A program made the translations under genes and the position numbers. From Trichosphaerium sp. ATCC 40318 (Eukaryota; Protista; Tubulinea), in assembly GCA_038496445.1 (NCBI GenBank), contig JALMLS010000321.1:62001-126000 (forward strand): 64,000 nucleotides of DNA, read 5' to 3'. Below the pieces are notes generated by a model. It made no database searches and was not told the DNA's origin. It saw only the letters and a program-made list of their open reading frames with translations. Within the stretch, counting starts at the first letter, position 1, and every line of letters starts with the position of its first letter. This document shows positions 39,065 through 51,934 of this stretch, in pieces.

Positions 39065-40521
39065 ATGAGTTGTAAAACGATTTGTTTGATTTTGGTTGCA
39101 CTTAGTTTGTTGGCTGTTTGTCGATGTTTTACGCCGTCAGATGAACCTTCTGTTGTCATAAAGCACGATAGAGACTTGTGGTGGCTTGGAGTAAATTTTG
39201 ATCCAAAACAAATCGATGACAGCTACACGCTTGTATCAGGTATTGGATTGCCTCTAGAAGTATCACTAGTACGTTTTTTTGCGAAGTTTTAATCAAAATG
39301 AGACATTGTGCTATTGCACAATTTCTACGTCGCTTTTTTATGCTCTTGATGAGACAAAGCTGATTTTGCGCCGTTTTAATTCGTTACAAAAAACGTACTC
39401 GATTTTTCTCTCTTTTCAATCCACTGACAGCTTTGGTAGCATTGTGATTCAATAAGAGTGAGCCTTACATACACAAATGAAGATGACACGCACGCTGAAA
39501 TTGACGTGCCATCAATTGTACTCGCATCAAATGCAAAAACGACAAAATCATTAAGCGCAGTGTACCCAGATTACGTATGGAAGGGTTTTGATGGTGTCAT
39601 TGATGGAACAGAGCAAGTTGATTATAACGACGTATGAACAAAGCTAGTTAGAGTTTACTCTATGCCTCTTAATTTGTTATTATAGCACTGTCCAGAGGAT
39701 GCAGATTGCGAGTTTAGAGTTTGGTTTGGTTGTGAAGACAAAGGTCAAACATTTAGTGTTTTCGACTCATTTGCTTTCGCTATTGGCAAGGTAGGGTTGC
39801 TTCTTGCATGCAAAAGTTAACTTGTTGCTTACGCCTACAACAAAAGGGAGATACTCTCGGAAATGCTGTTTTTAATGAGAAGCTACCGTATCACACAAAA
39901 GTAATAGAGATGGACATTGGTTCTAAAGATGAGACATCGAGCGACGTTGAAGGTAAGTAGTATTCAGTGAATATACCAAGTAGTAGTTGACGTGGGTTAC
40001 ATGAAGTTGCTCTTGAGGAAAAGAAGAGTGCTCCTGTACATATTCGCGTAGGTGGAGATGGAGGAAAGTTTAAGAATATAGACTCTACAAAACACAGAGA
40101 AATTTCTTTCAAGTCTGGTGACTTTGTAAATGCCTTTTATCTTGATGACTACAGGTTCGGCCGTGGTAGAGGTAGAGGATCTAGGACTCTCAACATTGAA
40201 AATGGTTTCTCGAGCGCAGAAGTTTACACATCCTTCGTGCGTAGCAGTAGAAAGGTTTTGGCTTCTTATAAGACACCGTTCATTGTAGGTTGGCGGAAGA
40301 AACGTTGTGACGTATATCAAGTTATGCGTAGACGGTGACGATTGCGTGACAGCTGGAAAACAATCACTAGGTACTGTTGTTTGTAGTTTAGGGCGTTTTT
40401 GTAGAAACTAATCTTTCGCGTAACAGATGAGAAAAAACTTGTTATCAATGAGTGTGTATACATAGATTCAGTCCGCACAGGTGGTTTCCTCGATCAAATA
40501 GGATTCCGCACTTGCGAGTAG
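39065..40521 (+). CDS. Secreted protein with C-terminal jacalin-like lectin domain
   Basis: Signal peptide; C-terminal region from VGGDGGKF to RTGGFLDQIGF matches the GG...GxxLDxIG jacalin pattern. Confidence 0.6.
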
Positions 40522-40902
40522 TGCAGGGTTTTTTTATGTACCGCCTACGTTGACGAAGAAATAAAACTTGACGAAATTTCGTTGCATTTGAGAATTTTTT
40601 CACTTTATTTGAAACTTCTGGGCAGTACCGGCCCACTAGTTTCCCCGAACGTCTATAATGATATCTATGTCTAACCTGTAAGCTCATAAATCGAAATTGG
40701 TGATAGCGTCAAATGGAGTTATTTTTTCTCCACGCTTTCATCGTGCCAATTTAGGAAGTACACGCTTTGACTTTTTTTTTTTTTTGGGCGTTGAAAAATT
40801 ATTAATAAAATACTCTTATTAGTATAACAACAACTCTAAGGTATCTAAACCGCGTATAATGAACTATTTTAATAATATCCCAATAGTTTAAACGCTCTAA
40901 AC

Positions 40903-42020
40903 ATGTCAGAAACAAAAAGAAGATTAACCAAGGCAGAAACTGGTCTCCAAGTTACCCCTGAGATGTACAAATATATTCTAGCGCATGGAACAAGAGAAGC
41001 GCCAATTCTAAAGAAGATTCGAGACGAAACAATAGAAAAACTTGGTTCAAAATCTGTACGCGTACAAACTTGTTTTTGGTACCGTACTAACACTTTATAA
41101 GAGAATGATCATCGCACCAGGTACTATCACTTGACACTAAAATCACGTGCTTACTGTAAGCACTTCAGAGCAAGGACAACTCATGGCTATGCTTGCTAAG
41201 CTAATGGGCGCTAAGAGAGTTCTGGAGGTTGGCGTATTCACCGGGTATTCTTCAACTGTTGTTGCTATGGCTCTGCCTGCAGGTAACGGTTTTACAATGG
41301 TTACAGAGGCTATAACGGTTTTTTATAATAGATGGAAAAATCATTGCTCTTGATGTAAGTGAGAAATTCACAAGTCATGCCAAGCAATACTGGTAAGCAC
41401 CTTTTGTTCAGTTGTATGTTAAACTAATTTCTATGAAAGGAAGGAAGCTGGTGTTGATGATCGTATTGAGCTCCGTATTGCACCTGCATGTACTATACCT
41501 ATATCAAACTTACTTATGGTTCGAAGTGACAATATAATAAGACCGTTATAGGTGACTCATTGGCGAAACTGTTGGAAGAAGGAAATGCTGATAAATTCGA
41601 TATGGCGTTTATAGGTAATTCACCGTCCTACGCTGTTAGTCTCTCTGACTAGTCTTTTTTTTGTAGACGCTGATAAGGTCAACTACATGAAGTACTATGA
41701 GCATGCTCTTAAACTTCTTAGAATAGGTGGTATCGTCGTTGTACGTCCATTTCTTGGACCTTACTTTGTTTGTGAAAAAAACAATACTAACACGTGAGAA
41801 TAGATTGACAATGTGCTGTGGTCTGGAAAGATTCTTGACCCTAAACCTGACGATGAGGACACACTTGCTTTAGACAAACTGAACAAGTTTATCATCAAAG
41901 ACGACCGTGTTGAGGTGACAAGTACGTAACACCTTTGCAAACTATTCAACATTTTTGGTGACTTTTTACTTAGTGCTCGGCATTGCTGATGGTGTTACGA
42001 TCGCTAGACGTATCAAGTAA
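40903..42020 (+). CDS. Class I SAM-dependent O-methyltransferase (CCoAOMT/COMT-like)
   Basis: [35 protein letters not shown]|DADKVNY..YYE, GGIVV|[19 protein letters not shown]. Confidence 0.95.
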
Positions 42021-42585
42021 AAAAAACATAAGAAAAAGCATTTCTTTTTATTTGAGGCATCTTGTGTTGTTTAGTGATCCTAAGAAGTATTCAAATGTTG
42101 ATACTTTCCGACATACAAAAAAAAACAATAATAAAAATGACATGATTTTATGTTAGAATAGTCTTACTCGTAATGATTGTTTGTATTCGAAGATCCACCA
42201 CAGTCTTACGGTCCATTCTAACCAAATATGCAATAAGTTGTGACAGGAATACAAGTATATGAAGGTGTGCATGACTGGTGAAGTTTGGTAAGCTGAAAAA
42301 AAAACTGCTGCTAGTCACGTGTTGATAAATCTGTTCATGTAAACATTGGTTCGGCGAATCCCGACCATTGTTAAGCCAGCTACACAATTATAAAACAAGC
42401 AAAGAACGTTGACGTAACGCTAAAATACAAGCAACAAAGGTGGTAATCCAATACTCAAACGGTTTTGTACAGATATCGCGGGGCGTTGGGTTTTGATCAA
42501 TTGTATGTGCGTGACTGCAGAAAATGAGTCTAAAATGCGTTGATTGCTTGATTTAACGATTTTTATAGAAGTTAGCCCAGACACT

Positions 42586-43640
42586 ATGTTTCTGTCTCAA
42601 AACACATCAAAAGCATCGCTTATCGCTCTACCTCCCGAAATTCAGCAATATATAGCGTCTATGCATGACCTAACAATATTTAACAACTGGTAAAATTTGT
42701 GTTCTTTTTTTTCTTTTTTTTTTTTTTCCTTGCAATTACTGTGTTTGCTAAAGCTTGTTTCTGTAGGCATTGTATCTGTAAAGAAGCAGCAATATTGACA
42801 CACTTTAATTTAAATTTGGAAAAACAAGGCAACTGGTACACGTGGTACAAAAACGGAAACAAAAAAACACAATATCATTTCGTCAATGGTGTACTTAATG
42901 GCATTTCAAGAATATGGAATTCATCAGGTATCCTCATATGTGAAAAAATGATGAAAGATGGTGTTGAGAATGGGTACTATAATACTTACAATAAAGACGG
43001 TAAAATTAAAGTAAAGATGCACAAGGTAAACGGAAAAAGAGACGGGAGTTACAACAATTTTTGGCAAAACGGAAAAATACAGGTGTCATTCAATTTTGTA
43101 AATTTAGAAAGGGAAGGCATTCACAGACAATGGCATGATAATGGTCAACTGGAAGTACTTTGTTTATTCAGAAAAGATATTTTAGAAGGTAGTTATTCAA
43201 GCTGGTATAGCACCGGACAAAAGAGAACTGAATGCTCATACAAAAATGGTAACAAACATGGATTTTATGAAACTTATCATGAAAATGGTAAAATCGAAAT
43301 GAACTGTATCATGAACAATGGAGTTAAAGATGGTACATATAGAGCATGGTATGATAATGGTCAACTTGAAATTAAGAGTTTTTATATAAAGGGTAAGACA
43401 GAAGGAATACATAGGCTGTGGTATGACAATGGTACTCTTGAGATGAGATGTTTCTTCAAAAATGGAAAAAAAGAAGGATTGTATGAGGCTTGGCATAAGA
43501 ATGGTATTATGGAGACTAGGTCTCAGTACAAGGATGGTTTGGAACAAGGGTTATGTGAGGTTTGGTATCCCAGTGGTCGACTTAAATATAGATGGATAAT
43601 GAAGGATAACGAACTTGAATCTGAGCTACCACTTAATTAA
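42586..43640 (+). CDS. F-box plus MORN-2 (YwqK-like) repeat protein
   Basis: Exon 1 SLIALPPEIQQYIASM..., one intron, then about eleven 24-aa repeats G.Y..WY.NGQL.......NG. Confidence 0.85.
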
Positions 43641-43827
43641 AATGGAAAAACCGGTGTACTGTTTTTTCCTTGACTGTGGCAGAGGTCAACACAACAATAT
43701 CTTATAAATATGTGATTTCTCTTTCCATTTGTTAAAATCGAACACTCAATCCCAACATATGTGGGTTGGATTTTTTAATTTCTTTGTAAGAATTTTCTTA
43801 TTGCACTTAATTTTTTTTTTTTTATTG

Positions 43828-44989
43828 TTACATTAATGTACATCTTTGTTTGTGTTTTAGTTTACCTGTATGAGCTAAATGTACAACCATAGCCTCATGT
43901 ACAGCTATAATAAAGCAAATATAAATATAAACATAGTTTCCAGGTACCAGAAAACTAACTTGACAGCCAGTACAAACAAAATAGTTTTGTCCCAAAAAAA
44001 AAAAAAAGAAGCTTACCTTCATCAACACCAAGGCCTAATAGTGAACTACAATCTACGTGACTGTACGCCTTAAACCTCTAGTTAGATAATAATAAAAGAA
44101 AATATGTTATTAGTGTTTTACCTCTAGCTTTACAGACATATCTATGCCCTCATCAACTGATATGCAGTTTCCATTTAAATCACTTTTTCTCAAATCACTT
44201 TTGAGACCCAATACAATAATTGGTATACCAGGACAATGCCGTGATAGTTCTGGTTTCCACTGTACACAAAACAAAAAATGAGAAGAAAAAAATTCTTCAC
44301 AAAAAAACCACGTGATGTTGTTTGAATAAACTGGTTGTTTCTACGTACCCTTTTTTCAAGTTCATTAAATCTAGAGCGATCACTGATATCATAGCAAAGC
44401 AGGAATATATCTGTTTGCTGGTTTTTCGAGGAGAGTTAGCAAAAAAACGCGAAAGAAGGTATTCAATGAATTGTTTTGAGTTTTTTGATTGTTTGATGTT
44501 TTATGCAACGCACTGGGTACACTAGTGGTCTTAATTGATCATATGACTTTTGTCCGGCTGTATCCCAGAATCCTAAGCATTCCTGTTAGCTCTCCCACTG
44601 GAATTATCGGAGTACGCGCCAACGTTAAATTGACGCCCAAAAACTGCTATTTGGGTCCTAAATAAACAATCATTCGGTTGTGACAACCAATCAAGTTGAA
44701 ACGACTTTTATCAAACAATAAACGCCTAAATCCGCACAGCTATGTGCTGTAGGGTACTATAGTGGCGTCTATTACAGCACGTACATGTAACCATCAATGG
44801 CATACGGAACTAGACTCAAAATGAGATAGAAACGCTTGTAAAATACGTACGGGTGATAGATGGATAGACTTTATTCGCAAACGTTGATAAGAAGCTCGTT
44901 TTGCCTTAAACATGGTTAATCGGCGTACATATGTAATGTATATGAGCACCTACGCCAGCATTCCCTACAATTACAACTTTCACTCGCAT
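43828..44989 (-). CDS. Divergent Rho/Rac-family small GTPase
   Basis: KVVIVGNAGV|GKT, FWDTAGQKSYDQLRPLVYP|QTDIFLLCY, WKPELSRHCPGIPIIVLGLKSDLR, CSS, CAAX CTLM*. Confidence 0.9.
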
Positions 44990-45527
44990 GTAGAGCAATG
45001 GTACTACAATCCAATCAAAAAGTTTCTGTTATAAGCCAAACAGGCGCTGCCACTATTGAGACCGCCTTTTTAACGCTTTTCTAAAGAAACTGAATAACGT
45101 TTTGTGTTAAGTCCGTCGTAGGGATGCTGTGTTTAGAAAATGTACCCAAACAAGTGGTTGGTACTACTACTATGATAGCAGTGTTAACAGCTACACTAGT
45201 AAGACTTAAAATGGCCGTGATTACTTTAGGCACTGATCAAAAAACTTGTGCCTGGTTGCGAAGGTCTTTTCAACACACGTGGGTACAAATTGTTTGAATT
45301 CAAAGTACAGTATAGTGTTTGAAGATGATATGTACGCATGTCTGTTAGATGCAGTGAACGTATGTTAATTGTACACTAATATTATTGTAAATATAAACGT
45401 GCTCAGATAATCATTCCATGCAGTAGTGTATTGCCTAACACTATCTATGTGAACCATAAAAAAAGTACTTTTGTAGGTTTAAACATGGACGCTTTTTGGT
45501 GTAAACAATAGATTTATTGTGATCATT

Positions 45528-46491
45528 TTAATCCTCAAGCAAGATTCCAATGATTTTACCAACCCTACAATCACGTGAGTAAAAAAAGGATAATCAGGAA
45601 GTCTTGTTAAATGATTATTTATGGTTAGGTGTCACGTACGATACGCCTGATCCAAGGTACTAACACGATGTTAGACACATAGAAAATAAAAAAAAGAAAT
45701 TAGAACTTACTTCTTTATTCTTCCATGCAGAGATGGCAAACTTAAAGTCACTTGATAAGTCCTGTCCGTGGTAGAAAATATTGATTGCTTCCTTTACTAC
45801 AACCTTAAGAATACCTAGAGGACCTTCCTCTAATTGTTTGGCGATGCTCTCAATATCATCAGCAATCTTAACAAAGCCACAATCCTAGTAACAACAACTT
45901 TAGCAAAAGAGAACAAAAAATGAAAGCCATACGCGGACAATATCCTAGATTAAAGTCAGAGCGAGAATAAATATACCACGAACTTGCCTGTATGTCATAA
46001 ACAGCGGTTCCAAGGTCTTAAGAAAAATAGAGATGAGTACAACTGTAAGAAGACAAAAACTTTTGGTGTAAAAGTTTACCTTTCAATCCTAGTTCAATAG
46101 CAGTGACATTGAGCTTTTCAAACCCTTCCTCGAGTTGCGTAAAAGCTTTGTCCAAGGTAATAAGAGTTCTAGTCTCATCAGGGATGCACGCTAAAATAGA
46201 GTGAACACGTGACCAAAAGTTTTTCTATCAAGCAAAAATACCCTTTAATCAACAGCAAATGCTTATCACATGCGTCAGATACAGCAAGTGAAAGGAAATC
46301 TACGGTTGATGCGTACTCGTTAAATTACCAAAATCACTTTCAAGTCCAATACCAATACCAGTGATGAACCTATATCACGTGAGACTCAATTACTAAATAT
46401 TGAAAATGTCTATGTACTTCTCCAAATCACCAGGAGTAAATTGAGCAGTAGCTACAGTGACGAGCAAGACAAGAGCGAGAAGAAACTTCAT
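45528..46491 (-). CDS. Secreted helical protein of unknown function
   Basis: Signal peptide MKFLLALVLLVTVATA; many short exons; ends VGKIIGILLED*. Confidence 0.7.
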
Positions 46492-46581
46492 TCGGGTAGA
46501 TTTTTTTTTTCTGGTGGGCTTTAAGTAGCGCCAAGTGCGACTTAAGGTTTTCTGGTTTGAGATAACAGAAAGAAGTCCAAT

Positions 46582-48863
46582 ATGTCTATGAGAGGAAGGA
46601 GTTCGGGTCGTAGAGCTGGTAAAGATCAGTACGGTGCCAGAAAAAGCGAACAAAAGCAAAATGCTCCAAAAAACCTTGACGTTCGTGCGTTTCCATCAGA
46701 CGGTACCATATCCGCTATGAATCCTCAAAAAAATACGTGAAGTTCTATTATTTTTCTTTCTTACAAAAATTACGGAGGCTATGGGTAATGATGAAGAGAC
46801 AAGCAAAGACAAGTGAGCGTAAAGTTAGACGTAAAAAACGACTTCAAGAACAGCAACAGTTAGGAGCAGAGGTACGACGCCATAAATACCTTGAATACGC
46901 CTAAAATAATATTATAAAGGCACCAGAGAAGCTTAAACCTTCAACTCTAGAAGATAGACGTGTACCTGATCCTACATTCGTTGATATGGAAGATGAAGAG
47001 GTTAAACTAACTTTGTAATATTTTTTGTAACGTACAAATTAGATTGGAGACGATTTTGACGTTGATGAATTTGCAAGTTATTTCAAAGGAGAAGAAACGC
47101 CAAAAATCCTTATTACAACAAGCCATGGAGCTAAAAAGGTATGTATTATATACACCAAGTATATGTGTACCAGTATAGACACCTCAAACGCATAAATATG
47201 GCTGTAATGGCGAGGATGCGACGAAATTCGAGAATCATTTTCTTTGATTTTTTTTTTTTTGGTTTGAAAAAAAAACGTTTATTTCGCTCTAGAACCACCG
47301 TTTATGAACGTTTTGTTCGTTTAAGCGTGTTTTTATTTTTCTTTCACCATGAAGCGATCCTTGAGACTCTATTTACTTGTTTTTCGTATTCTCATGTTTA
47401 TTATAGCAAGGAGAGCAACTTGCAGAAGAGCTTTCAGCTATTATACCAAACTCAACATTCAGAAAAAGAAAAGCTTACAGAGTCAAAGAAATTATTGATT
47501 ATTGTCAAGAAAAAGAGTTCACCTACGTTGTCGTACTAAATGAGGATTATGGAAAGGTTAATGGTATGCTCGTATCTCATTTACCTGAAGGTCCTACAGC
47601 GTACTTCAGAATAAGATCAGTAGTATTTCACAAAGAGATTATTGTACGTACACGTGATTGTCATTTTGTTTGGTCAGCTCTTTTTTTTTTTTCCGCTTGC
47701 AACAAAGTTCTTTATTTTATTGGAATTGAAGACCCTCTTGTTTTCCTATTTAACTATTTATACATTAAATCTCTATATATGAATTTATTCATTGCTATAA
47801 TGGACACGGTGACAGAAAAATAAGAGCAGCAATCAGTGGTTGTCAACGCTTTTCTTTTTTTTTTTTTTTGAATACTAAAATTGGAACTATTTGAATTTGT
47901 GCTTGTGGATTTCTTTCTATCAAAATTAGTTTGTACCTGATGTACTCTCACAAGTCCATGCCATGGTATTTTATGTTATATTGATGGCTTACTGTATTTG
48001 TATTAGAATCATGCAGCTGCGAGTGACCATTATCCAGAACTCATCATGAGCAATTTTTCTACACGTTTAGGCCACACTGTTGGACGTATTGTACGCTTAA
48101 ATATCATTACCATGGTTTGTTTACTCACACAGTAATTGTAGTTTTCTGCAATATTCCCTCAAAAGCCTGGTACGCACCTCACACTATTTTTTTATTGAAA
48201 ATAGTTTGAAATTAAAAACACGTTTTTTTTCGGCGTGTCACGCAAAGCACGATATTATTTTTTGTTCCTCACATATCTTCTTATTTTTATCTGATCGTAC
48301 TCGCTGTGATTTTATGAAATATCAATAATGAAACGATGAAACAATGACAATATTGCAAATTGACTTTACACCAAGCATTTTTTTTTGTTGTTGTATTTTT
48401 TGTAGTTAGATTTATTATTGTTGCTTGTCCTAATTAAAGTCTATAGAGTTTAAAGGAAGACGTGTAGTTACATTCCACAATCAACGTGATTTCATCTTTT
48501 TCCGACATCACAGGTACCCAAAAAGAAATAAACTTTAAAGACAAAACCATATACTTATTTTTCTAAGGTATGTGTTTGACAGTGCAACTTCATGCCGACT
48601 TCAAGAAGTCGGTCCCAGATTTACTTTGAAATTGGAAACTTTACAACTTGGCACATTTGATAGTAGTGGTGGTGAGTTCATATGGAACCCTAAAGTAGAG
48701 CATCGCGCTGTGCTTAACAGAAGAAAATGGGTCATATAAACAAAAACAATTGGAAACAAAAAAATCAATGAAAATCAATTTTTGGCCACAGCAAGCCATG
48801 CAACACTCGAGAAGGTTTTGCAAAACCAAAAAAGCTATCCCCTCTGGTAGGAGAAGGAAGTAA
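46582..48863 (+). CDS. RPF1: Ribosome production factor 1 (Brix domain)
   Basis: [78 protein letters not shown]. Confidence 0.93.
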
Positions 48864-49135
48864 TGTAAATAAACGAGGTTAAATTAAAAACAAGAGCACG
48901 TGCTAGCACACGGTACTTACTAAATAAGGTATGAAAGATACCGGTCCAGTGTTGAACAGTTAGTACAATTTCATCGCATCGATGGTGCTTGAAGTACCAT
49001 GATTATTTACACTGTTGTCCTAGTGACACTTACTATTAATAGCAAGAAACTTGCTTGACTATATTATTGCATAGCGTCAAAGCAATTCAGCTTCATATTT
49101 ACTGAGCTAGCACGCTAGTTACGAACTTGAACAAC

Positions 49136-51260
49136 ATGGCAAAGCTGTTTAAAGTTAACAACCCACTTCCTAAAAGGTATTCAAAAGATAACGTTATTTT
49201 ACGTATACTAAAGGCGCACAATAGCCTTGCAGGTGAATGTAAAAAGGCAGCGAATACGTTATCATACTTTTTAACACCAGCAGATGACGAGAAGAAAAAG
49301 TACAAGTCAATCGATAAGTTTATACCTATGAACATTCTAGAGCACTGCCAAGGCACGTGTTTACCTTTAAAAACCTCTAGAAATCACGTGTTTTACAAAA
49401 TAACATAACCGTATTCTGGTCTACCCTCATAACACCTGCTTTGGTCACAGTATGGCCATGGCGCTTCCAACATTTAGAACCAGCTGAGTAACTTTTTTTT
49501 TAGGTATTGCTGTACTAACGATTGTGAAGGCAGGGTTCGTGCTTTCTGGGCGTGTAGGTAAGTTTATTGTTTAAGCATAGGAGCAATAATAATAACATGT
49601 TTTTAAGGTTCTGGGCTTGTCTTGGCCCGTCTTGATAACGGCAGTACGAAGAAAATACATGTCTTCAAAATCAATCAGTTGCGACGTGTTGTGATTTTTT
49701 ACTAAGGTTGGTCGGCTCCTTCATGCATTGGAGTTTCCGGAGTCGGTTGTGGTTTCCAGATTGGTGCAGAAATTACTGATTTTGTAATGGTACTAAATAA
49801 TGAAAGGTAATGCATCGAGGCACACTGACTTCTTCTTAACCCTTTTACAAAGCGCAATAAAAGCATTTTCTGGAGATGGTAATGTTACTCTTGGAAGTAA
49901 CCTCAGCGTAGCTGCAGGACCAATAGGTAGGCAAGCAGAGGGAGATGCTATTATTGGAAATGGAGCAATTGCAGCTGTGTATAGCTACAGTAGAACAGGT
50001 AAAAGACAAGTATAGCTGATCATCATGTGAAGAAAAAAGTCACTAATAATACCGAAGGTGGGCTTTTTGCTGGTATTTCTCTAGAAGGCACAATTGTGCG
50101 TTAAACAAATACTTTTTTCTCGTTAAAAAATCACGTGATAAGCCGGTTTTTGCTCGTTTTTATGAAATAACATTAACGACTTTTTTTGTTGTTCTAGATA
50201 GCAACAAGAAAGGACGCAAATAAAAAGCTTTATGGAAGAGCTGTATCATCTAAAGAACTTCTAAAAGGCGATGTAAATCAACCTATGGAAGCTCAATGTC
50301 TATATGATATTCTTGCAACTAAAGTGAAAGGACATAAGACACAAGCTCTTTTTTCAGGAACACATGATGTTGTGCCAACAAAACTTAGTGGAGATAAAAA
50401 AATAATCAAGCCTAAACAAAAAACTGAAGAAAAAAAACCAAATCAGAATGTCTCACAACAGAAATCAACAACAGTACCTCCGAGACCTAAGTCTTCTTAT
50501 GTTCAGGCACCTCCAAGACCTACATCTTCATATGGCCAGACACCACCGAGACCTACTTCATCTTATAACCAAGGAAATGGCTCAAACTCGATAGTAAGTC
50601 AAATTTGTTCCAACATGTTCTCGATTGCTTACCTTGAATACAGGGAATTTCGAGTCAAAGGGAGGGTGCAAATAAGAAGCAAGAATCTACTGTAGAATAT
50701 GTAATTGGTAAATACGATTTCCAAGCTGCAAGCAAGGCTCAGATAGGTAAGGAAAATAACATTCTTTGCTGCTTGGATTAAATTAATTGGTATAGCATTT
50801 AAACGAGGAGAAAAAATGATCTTCCACATAGAGAGTACGTCACTACAAACAATGAATTGCACTTTATTTAAATAATCACGTAATAGGAGGTGATTGGATG
50901 CTTGTTGAAAAAGACGGTAAACGAGGTGTTGTACCTAAAGCATTTTGTGAGAAAGTTCCAAAAAAAGTAGAGCAAAAAATAGAGGTATCGCCTGAAATGC
51001 CGAAGAAAATCACGTATCGTCCTCGAAGAGCAAAAGCAAACTTTAAATATGTTGGTGAAGATGACAGTGAGGCTTCTTTTGATGCTGGGGATATAGTTAC
51101 TGTACTGGTAATTAACATTTTAATTATAGAACACAAATGTAAAAAAAGTTTTGATTTTTTTTTGATTTTTTTGTAGGATGAAACGACACATGATATGTGG
51201 TTGGTAGAATGTGATGGGCATAAAGGACATGCACCTAGTATATATCTTGACTTTATATAG
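49136..51260 (+). CDS. SH3YL1: SYLF-domain protein with two SH3 domains (SH3YL1/Ysc84/Lsb3 family)
   Basis: NNPLP, ECKKAANTL, KAGFVLSGRV|GSGLVLARL, WSAPS, GFQIGAEITDFV, LSVAAGPIGR, GLFAGISLEG; Pro-rich linker; two SH3 domains. Confidence 0.92.
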
Positions 51261-51934
51261 ATAAATTATAAACACCAAAAGTACAACAACATTGACACAG
51301 ACTTGTTTCTTTTTACAGTTTTTTTTCGGAGAATCTGGTTTTTTTTTGGGAACTATTTTGGGCTATGTGTCATAAGAGTTGGCAATTTCTGCTACTACAG
51401 TATAGATACTTCTTTTAGAGTATCATAGGACCTTAAACGGCAGAGGAAACGGATTTCTGACTGTCTGCTGAGTTTTACAGTTATATGACGTTTTTATCGT
51501 TTAAATCGCTTACTAGGTGCACCACTATATTAATTATAACAGTATCGTGGCTCATATACCTCCTAAAAACAACATCAGAAAACAGTTTTTCAAACAAACC
51601 TGTTTTTGGCTTGTTTCTTGACCTAAAATACTACCCCTTAAACGTCATTACAACATTATATCTTTATCTTTATGAGGTATTGAGATATTCTAAAGTTGTA
51701 CTCAATCAAAAAAAAAAAAAAACCGCCAAGAAGAACTGCAGGCGCACAACCTTAATTTAGACAAAAACTAAAAAAAAACTGACGGTTGAACTTCGGGGGT
51801 CATTTTTTTAGTAAGCTTTTATAGTATTATTGCGTTTTTATGTGAGGTAGAAGAAAAAAAAAGAGCGAGTTTTCTTTTTGTTTTAATTTAGCCTCACGAT
51901 CAGATCCTTAGCTCTGTAAAAACCCGGTAATAGC

